Shown here piece by piece: positions 48,564-57,466 of a stretch of DNA of 64,000 nt. Each line of letters starts with the position of its first letter. The first letter of the stretch is position 1. Below the pieces are notes generated by a model, which made no database searches, was not told the origin of the DNA, and worked only from the letters and a program-made list of their open reading frames with translations. Location: NCBI GenBank assembly GCA_963789985.1, contig CAWBNA010000019.1:464464-528463 (forward strand). Direction: 5' to 3'. The stretch comes from an uncultured Bacteroidales bacterium (lineage in GTDB: Bacteria; Bacteroidota; Bacteroidia; Bacteroidales; VadinHA17). Made by a program: the position numbers and the translations under genes.

Positions 48564-49241
48564 ATGAACCAAAAAATAAAAGTCATCATCACCGGATCCA
48601 CCGGAATGGTCGGAGAAGGCGTCTTTATTGAATGCCTAAAGCATCCGGATGTGGAATCGGTGCTGGTAATCAACAGACGACCTTGCGGCATCACTCACCT
48701 GAAACTAAAGGAGATCATTCATGTCAACTTTTTTGATCTTCTCCCTATTGAATCAAAGTTATCAGGTTATGATGCCTGTTTCTTTTGTGCCGGAGTGTCA
48801 TCCGTGGGTATGAAGGAGGCGGAATACACCAGAGTCACCTATGACCTGACCATGAGTTTTGCTCAGACCCTTTGCAAATTAAATCCTGACATGACCTTCA
48901 CATACGTTTCAGGTGCTGGTACCGACAGCAGTGAAAAGGGAAAAATAATGTGGGCAAGGATCAAGGGCAAAACGGAGAACGACCTGATGAAGCTTCCGTT
49001 TAAGAATATGTTTGCCTTCCGTCCGGCATTCATGAAGCCAGTTAAAGGACAAAAAAATGCTCCGTCATTCTACAAATATATCCTGTGGCTATATCCCGCT
49101 TTACATTCGTTATTTCCTCAATACTTTGGCACCCTGAGCGATGTTGGGCTTGCAATGATCAATTGTGTCATATTCGGCACCGGAAAGAAGGTACTGGAAG
49201 CAAAAGACATTGCCGCGTTGGCGAATAAAACTTCTTATTGA
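48564..49241 (+). CDS. NAD(P)H-binding atypical SDR/epimerase-family protein
   Basis: A 225-aa ORF with an N-terminal Rossmann motif KVIITGSTGMVGEGV. Confidence 0.65.
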   Translation: MNQKIKVIITGSTGMVGEGVFIECLKHPDVESVLVINRRPCGITHLKLKEIIHVNFFDLLPIESKLSGYDACFFCAGVSSVGMKEAEYTRVTYDLTMSFAQTLCKLNPDMTFTYVSGAGTDSSEKGKIMWARIKGKTENDLMKLPFKNMFAFRPAFMKPVKGQKNAPSFYKYILWLYPALHSLFPQYFGTLSDVGLAMINCVIFGTGKKVLEAKDIAALANKTSY

Positions 49242-49370
49242 CATACCTGTTTCTTTCTTAACTTTCCCGCTAACAGCCAGACCACTGCCATTTATATCAA
49301 AATGGGGAATAGGGAACCCGGCTCTTTTATGAGTTGTTGATGAACGGTTGGTTATTCCAAGAATGTAATT

Positions 49371-50786
49371 TTAAAAGGGTTTTATATTCCGGTTCATTCG
49401 GAAAATGTTCTGTGGATCCCATTTAGTTTTAATCTCAACAAGTTGTTTAATCCTATCCCCCAGTGCCGACTGAATCCTGTCAATCCCTTCATCCTCACTT
49501 TGGAAGTTGATATAGTTCCCTCCAGTTGAAAATGATTTCATGTCGCTCCAGGCATCATGTACCCATGCAATATTTTTATCGTCGTCTTCTTCATTTTCCC
49601 ATGATCCGGGAATATTAAGAACAAAGTGTGCATTACGGTTGCCAACAGCCGAATATTCTTTTTCAAGACGGTTTAGTGCACCTTCAATCTGAAAGAGCAT
49701 TATTACTGAAAAAGGTGACTTTATTCGGGATGCATGCAGCAAAATCTTTTCACATAAAGCAGTATCTAAACGAGAAAGAAATTCACTCTTCTGGTAGTAA
49801 CGCCTACCCTTGGGATTGCTTGAGTCAAACAGGGTCTGAAGCTCTGCATAGGGGCGCCTTATTAACATGTCGCCAACCGGATTACCAAAACATTTGATTG
49901 GTGCAACCACTTTTTCTCCTTCATCAGGATTACCACTGTAACAGGCAAGTAATGCAATAATTGGCTTTCCGTGGATGTCAGCAGGTAACCATGGCGCAGG
50001 AGGTGCAATGCGCATTATTGCTGTAAGTGTAAGCTCCTGTGGAGCTTGTTTAATAAAATCCTGGTAGAAAGTGAATACTTTTGGAGCTTCATTTGCATGC
50101 CAGGCTACCATACCACCTATAACCTGTGGACCTACTGGATATAGATTGTAATCAATTTCTGTTACAACTCCAAAATTACCACCGCCACCCCGAAGCCCCC
50201 AGAAAAGGTCTGCGTTCTGCTCGCTGTTTGCTCTTACCTGTTTGGCATCAGCAGTTATAACATTCATGCCTGTGACAGTATCTGATGTCCATCCCCAGCG
50301 CCTTGAAAGATACCCGAATCCTCCACCAAGAGTAAGACCAGCAACACCTGTTGCTGAAACAAAACCAAGAACAGCAGCAAGTCCATGTAGCTGTGTTTCG
50401 CGATCAACGTCACTAAGTAAACTGCCAGCTTGTACATGTGCAATCTTCTTCTGAGGATCAACTATTACACCTCTCATGTTTGTCATATCAATCATAAAGG
50501 AGTCATCCGCTGTCGCCAATCCTGCTACATGATGTCCACCACCCTTTATACATAACAGCAGGTTATGTTCACGAACAAACCTGATGCATGCTATCACATC
50601 GGCAGTACCGCGGCACCGTACTATAATAGCTGGTTTTCTGTCAAACATACCATTCCAAACTGTCCGGCTCTCATCATAATTACTGTCTCCAGGTATCAAC
50701 ATCTGACCGCGCAGACTTTCTTTCAGACCTTCAAGGGATTCTTTACTCAGGTCAACCTCACCACCATCAAGATTTCTTGCTTTCAT
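49371..50786 (-). CDS. FAD-linked oxidoreductase (FAD_binding_4 / berberine-bridge-enzyme-like C-terminus)
   Basis: A 471-aa ORF. PAIIVRCRGTADVIACIRFVREHNLLLCIKGGGHHVAG is an FAD-binding PCMH signature. The C-terminus KWDPQNIFRMNRNI is BBE-like. Confidence 0.8.
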   Translation of the reverse strand: MKARNLDGGEVDLSKESLEGLKESLRGQMLIPGDSNYDESRTVWNGMFDRKPAIIVRCRGTADVIACIRFVREHNLLLCIKGGGHHVAGLATADDSFMIDMTNMRGVIVDPQKKIAHVQAGSLLSDVDRETQLHGLAAVLGFVSATGVAGLTLGGGFGYLSRRWGWTSDTVTGMNVITADAKQVRANSEQNADLFWGLRGGGGNFGVVTEIDYNLYPVGPQVIGGMVAWHANEAPKVFTFYQDFIKQAPQELTLTAIMRIAPPAPWLPADIHGKPIIALLACYSGNPDEGEKVVAPIKCFGNPVGDMLIRRPYAELQTLFDSSNPKGRRYYQKSEFLSRLDTALCEKILLHASRIKSPFSVIMLFQIEGALNRLEKEYSAVGNRNAHFVLNIPGSWENEEDDDKNIAWVHDAWSDMKSFSTGGNYINFQSEDEGIDRIQSALGDRIKQLVEIKTKWDPQNIFRMNRNIKPF

Positions 50787-50964
50787 AGATTTTCTTTCAT
50801 TTAAATTAATATCTGTCTCAATTTCATAACTTATTATTGTACAATGGTAATTGGTTCTTCGTATAGGATTGTGTTTAATATTTTTATATTTATTCTATAA
50901 CAATCCTTTATGGAGTTTGTTTGTTATCAGCGGTTTTAAAAAATGGCAAGAACATTCCACACTG

Positions 50965-51142
50965 AATCCTGACATGACCTTCACGTACGTTTCAGGCGCA
51001 TGTACCGACAGCAGTGAAAAGAAGGTACTGGAAGCAAAAGACATTGCCGCATTGGCAAATAAAACTCCTTAATGACATACCTGTTTCTTTCTAAACTTTA
51101 CCACTATGAGCCAGACCACTGCCATTTAAATCAAAATGGGGA
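50965..51142 (+). pseudogene. internally deleted duplicate fragment of the 48564..49241 gene plus its 3' flank
   Basis: 50965-51021 matches 48882-48938, and 51022-51142 matches 49188-49309. The two pieces are joined at a GAAAAG/GAAAGAAG microhomology. Listed ORF 50851..51072 is a chimera of these pieces. Confidence 0.75.
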
Positions 51143-51255
51143 TTTTACTGCAATCCTATTATATATAAAAGAAATACAGTTTTTTCACCATTCTAAGTTG
51201 AATAAATAAATCTGGCATAGTTATTGCGAATGAGCAATATACCATTTTCTTAACA

Positions 51256-51672
51256 ATGATAAAATACAAAAAGAATATTATCCTTGGCTTAACATTCCTG
51301 ACCGGACTCTTACTTAATCCGGGATGTAGTAAATTAAGTACTCGAGATGTAGGTTTCCTTGAAGGAAAAGTTTCTATTGGTCCTTTATGTCCTGTTGAAA
51401 AGTATCCGCCTGATTCAACTTGTTTACCTACTGCTGAGACATATAAAGCTTATCCTGTTTCAGTCTGGACGGCTGATGCTAAAAGACAGGTAACTCTGCT
51501 TAACCCTTCGCTGGATGGCTCATACAAAACAAATCTTAATCAGGGAGACTATTTAATCATTCTTGAAAATGGCAGGAACAATATTGGCAGCAGTAACCTG
51601 CCTGTTGAAGTTACTATAGAAACGGATAAAGTTACAACCCTCAATATAAATATTGATACAGGAATCCGATAG
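51256..51672 (+). CDS. hypothetical lipoprotein
   Basis: A 138-aa ORF with a signal peptide and lipobox-like LLLNPGCS. Confidence 0.5.
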   Translation: MIKYKKNIILGLTFLTGLLLNPGCSKLSTRDVGFLEGKVSIGPLCPVEKYPPDSTCLPTAETYKAYPVSVWTADAKRQVTLLNPSLDGSYKTNLNQGDYLIILENGRNNIGSSNLPVEVTIETDKVTTLNINIDTGIR

Positions 51673-51775
51673 CTTAAAGTCTTTCAATTGGCTATCCCCT
51701 TAAATTTAAAATGAATGATCATTCTTCAGCCTGGCAACAGCTTCTTCGCTGCTCGGAATGGTGAGTAATAAATCT

Positions 51776-53142
51776 TTAAGGTTTGTACGGAAGGTTGATC
51801 TTATGAAATAGATCCTGATAGCGAGGCTCATCATGAACAAATTCATAGATAGGGTCTCTTATATTACCGGATAAATTTGGATCATGAACTTCATAATCTT
51901 TTTCCAACATTTCTAATGTTCGCTCCTTATTACCGGCACAAGCATAAAGTTGTGCAATTTCGCAAGGTAAAATAAATTTTGTCTTTGACTGCTTTACAAG
52001 GCTGTCAGCCTGAAGATTCAATGCACAAGTTAAACCTCCGTTAGCAAAACCCTGATCAAAAACATTTGCATAGCCTTTGAAATTGGTGCTGTAATCCACT
52101 TCCCATGCTTCAAGTTCTTCACTATACCTTCCAACCCCATGAAGTGCAAGTGGAAGATTATCTAAGACTTCAACATTACCCGGATCAATTTTTAGTAACT
52201 CCTGTAATAACTTTATTGCTTCATTATATCTACCAGTATAAGACAATATTAACCCATTACCTGTTTTCAGACCGTTGTTCATCGGGTCCAGTTTTAAAAC
52301 CATCACGTGCTGCTCCAATCCTTCTTTGGGGCGTCCTAAAAGAATTAATAAAGCTGCATACCACACATGTACATCTGCATTGTTGGGATTAAGAAATAGC
52401 CAGGAACAATAAGAACAAGTATTATAACAGATGCAACAATTGTTTTTGAGATAAGCTTTTTTGGATGTTCCGGTTTTTCTCTAACAACTTCTTTTGAAAC
52501 TTCTCCGACCTGCTGATTATGTTTCTTTATCACTGCAATAATCTCCTTTATTGCGTTTGCAACCTTGTTGATCTGATCCCGATAGAAGGTTTTATTGAGA
52601 TTGTCCTGAGGGTGGTCTTCATTTGCTCGCAATGGTCGGTTAACACCTGCTGACTTATAAATAAATTCTATACAACGAAGAACTCCACCAAGTTCATTTT
52701 CAAGAAGGGTTTTATCTTCAGGATCGAGATCATGAATTTTGATTGGCAATATCCTGCTGGCTACATTTCCACTGGGCAGTTTTATCTTCAATCCGAACTG
52801 ATCCTGTGAGGCAAGCTCTACAAATGCCTTGAACTCATGTTCCCATGCGAATGATTTGGGATCACAATATGTGCGGGAAATGATTGGGATAAAGACTAGG
52901 CACTTCAGTTTATCTTTCAATGAGGTATCAACGTCATGTGTCTCCAAAAGTCCATCATGAGGATTGATATCGAAATAAACGCTGATCTCTTCTTTGAAAG
53001 TTGATTCGAGTTCCGTCTTCAAAGCCTCTACAAACTCACTGACCCACCTGTCGCCTTTGTTGTCTTTCTGGCGGTAGCTGATGAAGACCTGCCTTGCCGG
53101 CAGGCAGGTGTCGTAATTATATCCTTCTATGATGCTTGACAT
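51776..53142 (-). pseudogene. second TIR-TM-TPR paralogue, inactivated by an internal out-of-frame deletion
   Basis: 52345..53142 encodes the TIR and TM parts and is highly similar to 45078.. residues 1-245. 51776..52366 encodes the last ~190 aa of the TPR region. The two join at a single TTAAT (52388-52392, minus strand) in different frames. The equivalent segment in the intact copy is 805 bp, between two TTAAT sites at 45807 and 46612. Confidence 0.8.
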
Positions 53143-53164
53143 TGAAGTCTATTTATTGCGTTAT

Positions 53165-53195
53165 CAAAGTTACGCTGAGCTTTAACCAAAGTCAA
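53165..53195 (-). promoter_or_regulatory. promoter, TTGAC-N18-TAACTTTG class, upstream of TIR pseudogene
   Basis: The minus strand reads TTGAC tttggttaaagctcagcg TAACTTTG, preceded by GTTAAATAAAA, 23 nt before the start at 53142. Confidence 0.5.
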
Positions 53196-53455
53196 TTTTA
53201 TTTAACTAAAAGCCCACGGGGCTGTAGGTCAGACTTTCAATTCGCCCAAGAATAACAAAGAGAGTCAAAAAATCAGGAGCATTTAGCCACTTTTTTATTT
53301 GACAATTTACGGTTTATAAGCATACAGGCCATCCCCTGAAGAAATGATGTTAAAAAGTATATTCGGATAATAAGCTTGTAACGAAGGAAATATCATTGAT
53401 CCCGTTGCATCATGTAAGGTCACATAAGAAAAATCACTTTTATTCTTTAATAAAT

Positions 53456-53486
53456 TTGACTTTGGTTTTTTGTTGGTGTAACTTTA
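53456..53486 (+). promoter_or_regulatory. promoter, TTGAC-N18-TAACTTTA class, upstream of 53-aa ORF
   Basis: The sequence reads TTGAC tttggttttttgttggtg TAACTTTA, 25 nt before the ATG at 53511. Confidence 0.45.
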
Positions 53487-53510
53487 ATACCATAAAATTT
53501 AATTATAATC

Positions 53511-53672
53511 ATGTCGTTCGGAACCTCGACAGAAGTGGTCAGGGCAAAGATGCTGCATAATTACCTTGAAGAATGCAGTAGGAAAGAACTTCGTGAAATG
53601 CGTAAAAAGAAAAAATCTCCTTCTCAATTTGTTTGGATCGGAAAGAAACTACGGATGCTTTTTACTAAATGA
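53511..53672 (+). CDS. hypothetical small basic protein (53 aa)
   Basis: MSFGTSTEVVRAKMLHNYLEECSRKELREMRKKKKSPSQFVWIGKKLRMLFTK. It falls below the ORF-track cutoff but has a well-placed promoter. Confidence 0.35.
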   Translation: MSFGTSTEVVRAKMLHNYLEECSRKELREMRKKKKSPSQFVWIGKKLRMLFTK

Positions 53673-53686
53673 CATTTCCGATTCAA

Positions 53687-54328
53687 TTATTTTTTCCCGA
53701 ATAAATAACCAATGGATATTTGTAAAACCTTATTGTTGATTTTATATCCTTCTGAAGTATCAGAGGTAATATTTGCCAAACCCAAATCATAGCCGATCCC
53801 TACTGAGACTCTTCTGAAAATTACTCCTGCACCAATCCCAACGCCATAATCTAATCGTTTTAATAAATCATTTTGTGCATTATTACCCCATTTAATGGTT
53901 TCAGAACCTTTTACACCAGCATCGACCCAGCTATCTTTCCCGCTTAAACCTACGCCAATATATGGACCTAATGTGCCGTATCCTTTAATCTTGTTACTTC
54001 CAAATCCAAACACCGCCTTAAGGTTTAAGGGTACATCTAAATAATACAAGACATATGTTTCTGAATAGTCAGTTTCTTCATATTTGGAACCTTTCATATT
54101 GAAGAGAATTCCAGGTTCAAGAAATAGTGATTCACCTGACAAAGGGATTCCAACTGTTGCACCTAAATGGATTCCGGGTATACTCTTATCATTATAAGTT
54201 TTTGTGTTAGCCTTTTCAAGAGTATTAGATATGTTTAACCCGCCTTTTATCCCAAAGGTTTGGGCATATGAGCCAATCCGTGGTATGATGATTATAACCA
54301 CCAATAAAATTTTTAGTGTGTTTTTCAT
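53687..54328 (-). CDS. outer-membrane beta-barrel protein (OmpA-N/OMP_b-brl-like)
   Basis: A 213-aa ORF with a signal peptide. FGIKGGLNISN...YYLDVPLNLK...GVGIGAGV...ISIGYLFGKK is a typical porin-family 8-10-strand barrel. Confidence 0.65.
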   Translation of the reverse strand: MKNTLKILLVVIIIIPRIGSYAQTFGIKGGLNISNTLEKANTKTYNDKSIPGIHLGATVGIPLSGESLFLEPGILFNMKGSKYEETDYSETYVLYYLDVPLNLKAVFGFGSNKIKGYGTLGPYIGVGLSGKDSWVDAGVKGSETIKWGNNAQNDLLKRLDYGVGIGAGVIFRRVSVGIGYDLGLANITSDTSEGYKINNKVLQISIGYLFGKK

Positions 54329-54452
54329 AATGCAAGTTTTTAAAGGTTTAGTCTAAATCAATTATGAATTTTCTTAGAATTGAAACTGTAAATTCTATTA
54401 AAAAAAGGAAGAAATATTTAATATTTAGACATCTCTACAATTAGGTCATAAT

Positions 54453-54483
54453 CAAAGTTACGATATATTCTTACTGATGTCAA
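54453..54483 (-). promoter_or_regulatory. promoter, TTGAC-N18-TAACTTTG class, upstream of 53687..54328
   Basis: The minus strand reads TTGAC atcagtaagaatatatcg TAACTTTG, preceded by a hairpin plus CTTTGTTAATAAAA. Confidence 0.45.
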
Positions 54484-54633
54484 TTTTATTAACAAAGCTC
54501 CCGGGGCTGATTCCGAGGGGATACCTCTTGCTGCATTGTTGGATATAGTTTCCAACCTGCAGAATATTTCAACTCAATTTAAAACAGGTCAAATCCAGGA
54601 ATAAGTTCAGGGGGTTTTAGTCCTGTCCTTGTT

Positions 54634-55050
54634 TTATGCAGGAATAAGTGTCACTACAAAAGTGTCCCCTTCAGATACATATGTAGCCACTATTTGGTTT
54701 TCAGTAACTACTGAAGTTCCATTACTAGTGTCTAATGTCATTGTTTTTCCATCATCTGATATAGTCCACGTACCGGTATAATTTGTATCGTTCGCATCGC
54801 ACTTATTGGTACCAACATTATATGTATAGGTACCATTTGTCAAAAAAGTTAAGACGTCATCTTTTTCACAGTCCTGAAGCATTTCTACCCCATTGACTTT
54901 TGTAGAAGTAATTTTCCATGACTTTGATGTCAGAATTTCTTTCGGAGTTAAAGGTGATGTTTTTTCCTCTTTCTTGCTACAACTGCTAAGAATTAATACT
55001 AATCCCATTATTATTAATGGAACAAGCCAAATTTTGTTTTTTGTTTTCAT
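54634..55050 (-). CDS. lipocalin-like domain lipoprotein
   Basis: A 138-aa ORF with lipobox LILSSCSKK. SWKITSTKVNG...DDVLTFLTNGTYTY...GTWTISDDGKTMTLD is typical of the Bacteroidota lipocalin-like fold. Confidence 0.6.
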   Translation of the reverse strand: MKTKNKIWLVPLIIMGLVLILSSCSKKEEKTSPLTPKEILTSKSWKITSTKVNGVEMLQDCEKDDVLTFLTNGTYTYNVGTNKCDANDTNYTGTWTISDDGKTMTLDTSNGTSVVTENQIVATYVSEGDTFVVTLIPA

Positions 55051-55106
55051 TTTTGTTTATTTTTAGGATTATCTTTCTGGAACCTTATTCTACCTAATTA
55101 TTTAAT

Positions 55107-55137
55107 TAAAGTTACAACAAAAAAAAGCCTTTGTCAA
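55107..55137 (-). promoter_or_regulatory. promoter, TTGAC-N18-TAACTTTA class, upstream of lipocalin-like gene
   Basis: The minus strand reads TTGAC aaaggcttttttttgttg TAACTTTA, preceded by a hairpin plus CTTTGTTAAATAAAA. Confidence 0.45.
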
Positions 55138-55204
55138 TTTTATTTAACAAAGCCCCCGCGATTATTCCGAGGGCTGGCAATAAGTTATTATCTGTATGGT
55201 TTAA

Positions 55205-55983
55205 CTAATTCTTTATAAAGCGAACGGAATAACCTTCATTGAAGCCAATACTGGAGATAGAAGCAGAAGCCTCAAAGTTATTCATTTCAAATAGATAGCT
55301 GTTGCTATTTACTTGATCCACAACAGTTGAACTCCACCAATTACCGTAAATACCAATCTTGTCACCACTACTAAAGTCCGCAGTGAAGTCAAGCTCTGAA
55401 CCTGGAAGAGCAGTAAAGCCTGATTCATTTGTTGCTCCTTCGTTCGGGCTGTTCCAATGAGTAGTACCGGTTTCTTTTAACTTACCACCAGCAACGTCAA
55501 CTCCCCCAAGATATGTTACTAATGTGTTGCATTCATCATATGATGGAACATGCCACCCTTCCGGGCATAATTTACCTGTGTTTACTGTGTACCAATTATA
55601 TAAAGCGCCATAAACAGCTTTGTACGTTGAAGCATCATTAAGGCACCAACAATATCCTGGAGACGTGAGGGCATTCCACGCACTTAAATCTGTAACATTA
55701 GGTACAGATGTACCATCATTGTATTTGGTAGTTTTGAGGTTTTCTGCCATCCATGTCTGAGTGCCAATCCGAATAGTTTTATAAACATTCCCATCAATAT
55801 CTGAAACAGTGCCATATGTCAAATTAGAATTAAAAATAATTGCACTGATTCCTGTGGTCGTAAAACTCACCTGGTTCCCATAGGCAGTCCCTGCGCTGTT
55901 GGTGGCATAAGCACGAACATAGTAAGTGGTATTTGCCGTCAAGCCTGTCAAATTACTGGTAAAAGAACCGGTACCGCTGCCGT
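55205..55983 (-). pseudogene. 5'-truncated FISUMP paralogue (no signal peptide, one repeat module lost)
   Basis: Homology to the island copy starts abruptly at 55983. A 62-nt stretch there is identical to 34735-34796. One hybrid FN3-like module sits where the island copy has two. The stop codon and 3' flank are near-identical to 35800-35860. Confidence 0.75.
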
Positions 55984-56533
55984 TGAATTTTATTAAAGTT
56001 CGTCCAAAATGCACTTGGGTGCATAGCAATTTTTTGTCAAAAACTTTAAATTTTTGAACAAATTGCTAAACTTTTCAGCCAAACTTTAAATTTTTGGACA
56101 TTTTACCACTATCAGGATAGCATTGGAATGTTTATTAACCAAAATTTAAAAGGCAGGTATCAGACCTGTTGTAAAGGTTTCTATATTGGATACTCATTTG
56201 ATATTGAATCCTGATGTGTTCAACATCTGCTTCAAGGACGACTTTACGAAGTTAGCTGGATTGGTAGCTGAGAAGATGTATAGGGGAAGATCCTATTTAA
56301 AAGCCGCCAGAGAAGGAATGTGGAAAAAAGAACAAGCCCGATCTGTGGAAATTACCAAATCCTGTACCGCCATGGAACCGGAGATACATTAAAAAGGAAA
56401 ATGGTACCTTTCACCATAAACAAGGTAGATGCCAATTCATTTGCGCACAATTTTTAATATTACTCTATGAAAATATACAAATACTTAAATTACATCACTT
56501 TCTAGGGTGCTGGTGGTGCTGTTGCCAATTTAC

Positions 56534-56564
56534 TTGACTTCTCATTATTTTCTTAGTAACTTTA
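56534..56564 (+). promoter_or_regulatory. promoter, TTGAC-N18-TAACTTTA class, upstream of SDR gene
   Basis: The sequence reads TTGAC ttctcattattttcttag TAACTTTA, 37 nt before the ATG at 56601. Confidence 0.45.
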
Positions 56565-56600
56565 CTTACAATTCAATACGTTTTAAAGAAATGATTATTT

Positions 56601-57404
56601 ATGGAATTAACTGGTAAGGTTGTGCTTCTTACTGGTGGATCAAGAGGTATAGGTCCGATCCTGGCTGAAGCATTTGCAAAACGGGGTGCTATCGTTGCTC
56701 TCGCTGCCAGATCAGAAGCAGGATTGGAAAAGGAAGCAACCCACCTGAAAGAATCAGGACTCAAAGTTCAAATTTTTCCAACTGACCTCAGAGAATCATC
56801 CCAGCGTGAAAAGCTTATTGTATCCGTCCTTGAGAAACTGAGTACAATTGACATATTAGTCAATAATGCAGGATTGGAAACAGAAGGAGGATATTTAGAA
56901 TTACCGTGGCAGTGCATACACGAGAATATTGAGGTTAACCTGATTGCTCCAATGGCTCTGACCTATCTCGTTCTCCCTGAGATGCTCAAGAAAAAGAAAG
57001 GACACATCGTTAACATAGCTTCTATTGCCGCTAAAAGTGGTACGCCATATGCCGCAACATATTCAGGAACAAAAGCAGGTCTCGCTGAATGGACGAGAGC
57101 ACTCCGCCTGGAATTGTCGGGTAAAGGTATTAAGTTTTCAACGATATTTCCAGGTTATGTCAGAGAAGTTGGAATGTTCGCGAAATTTGGAGTTAAGTCC
57201 CCCTGGATAGTTGGATCCTGTTCTCCGGCACAGGTCGCGAAAGCAGTCACTCATGCTGTTGAAAAAGGCAGATCGGAAACTATAGTTAACTCGCGCCCAT
57301 TAAGGTATGCATTCACATTAAATGAGTTATCCCCATCTTTGGGCGATTGGCTAATGCGACTCTCAGGGGTTATTGATTTTCAGCGGAGGAAAGTAGGAAA
57401 ATAA
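56601..57404 (+). CDS. short-chain dehydrogenase/reductase (SDR) family oxidoreductase
   Basis: VVLLTGGSRGIGPILA (TGxxxGxG), NNAG and YSGTKAG (YxxxK) are present. 267 aa. Confidence 0.8.
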   Translation: MELTGKVVLLTGGSRGIGPILAEAFAKRGAIVALAARSEAGLEKEATHLKESGLKVQIFPTDLRESSQREKLIVSVLEKLSTIDILVNNAGLETEGGYLELPWQCIHENIEVNLIAPMALTYLVLPEMLKKKKGHIVNIASIAAKSGTPYAATYSGTKAGLAEWTRALRLELSGKGIKFSTIFPGYVREVGMFAKFGVKSPWIVGSCSPAQVAKAVTHAVEKGRSETIVNSRPLRYAFTLNELSPSLGDWLMRLSGVIDFQRRKVGK

Positions 57405-57466
57405 TACAGGAACCAGTAAAACTGTTTGTAAACTGAGAACTGTCGGATTTATTAACTCACAGCGGT

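Noticed and set aside
50851-51072. Listed 73-aa ORF.
   Set aside because: Its second half is a fusion of two non-adjacent pieces of the 48564..49241 gene (…LNPDMTFTYVSGACTDSSEK|KVLEAKDIAALANKTP). It is a duplication/deletion relic, not a gene.
56186-56392. A 68-aa plus-strand ORF between the FISUMP fragment and the SDR gene.
   Set aside because: It has a TTG start, no promoter motif and no family resemblance. The SDR promoter lies downstream of it.
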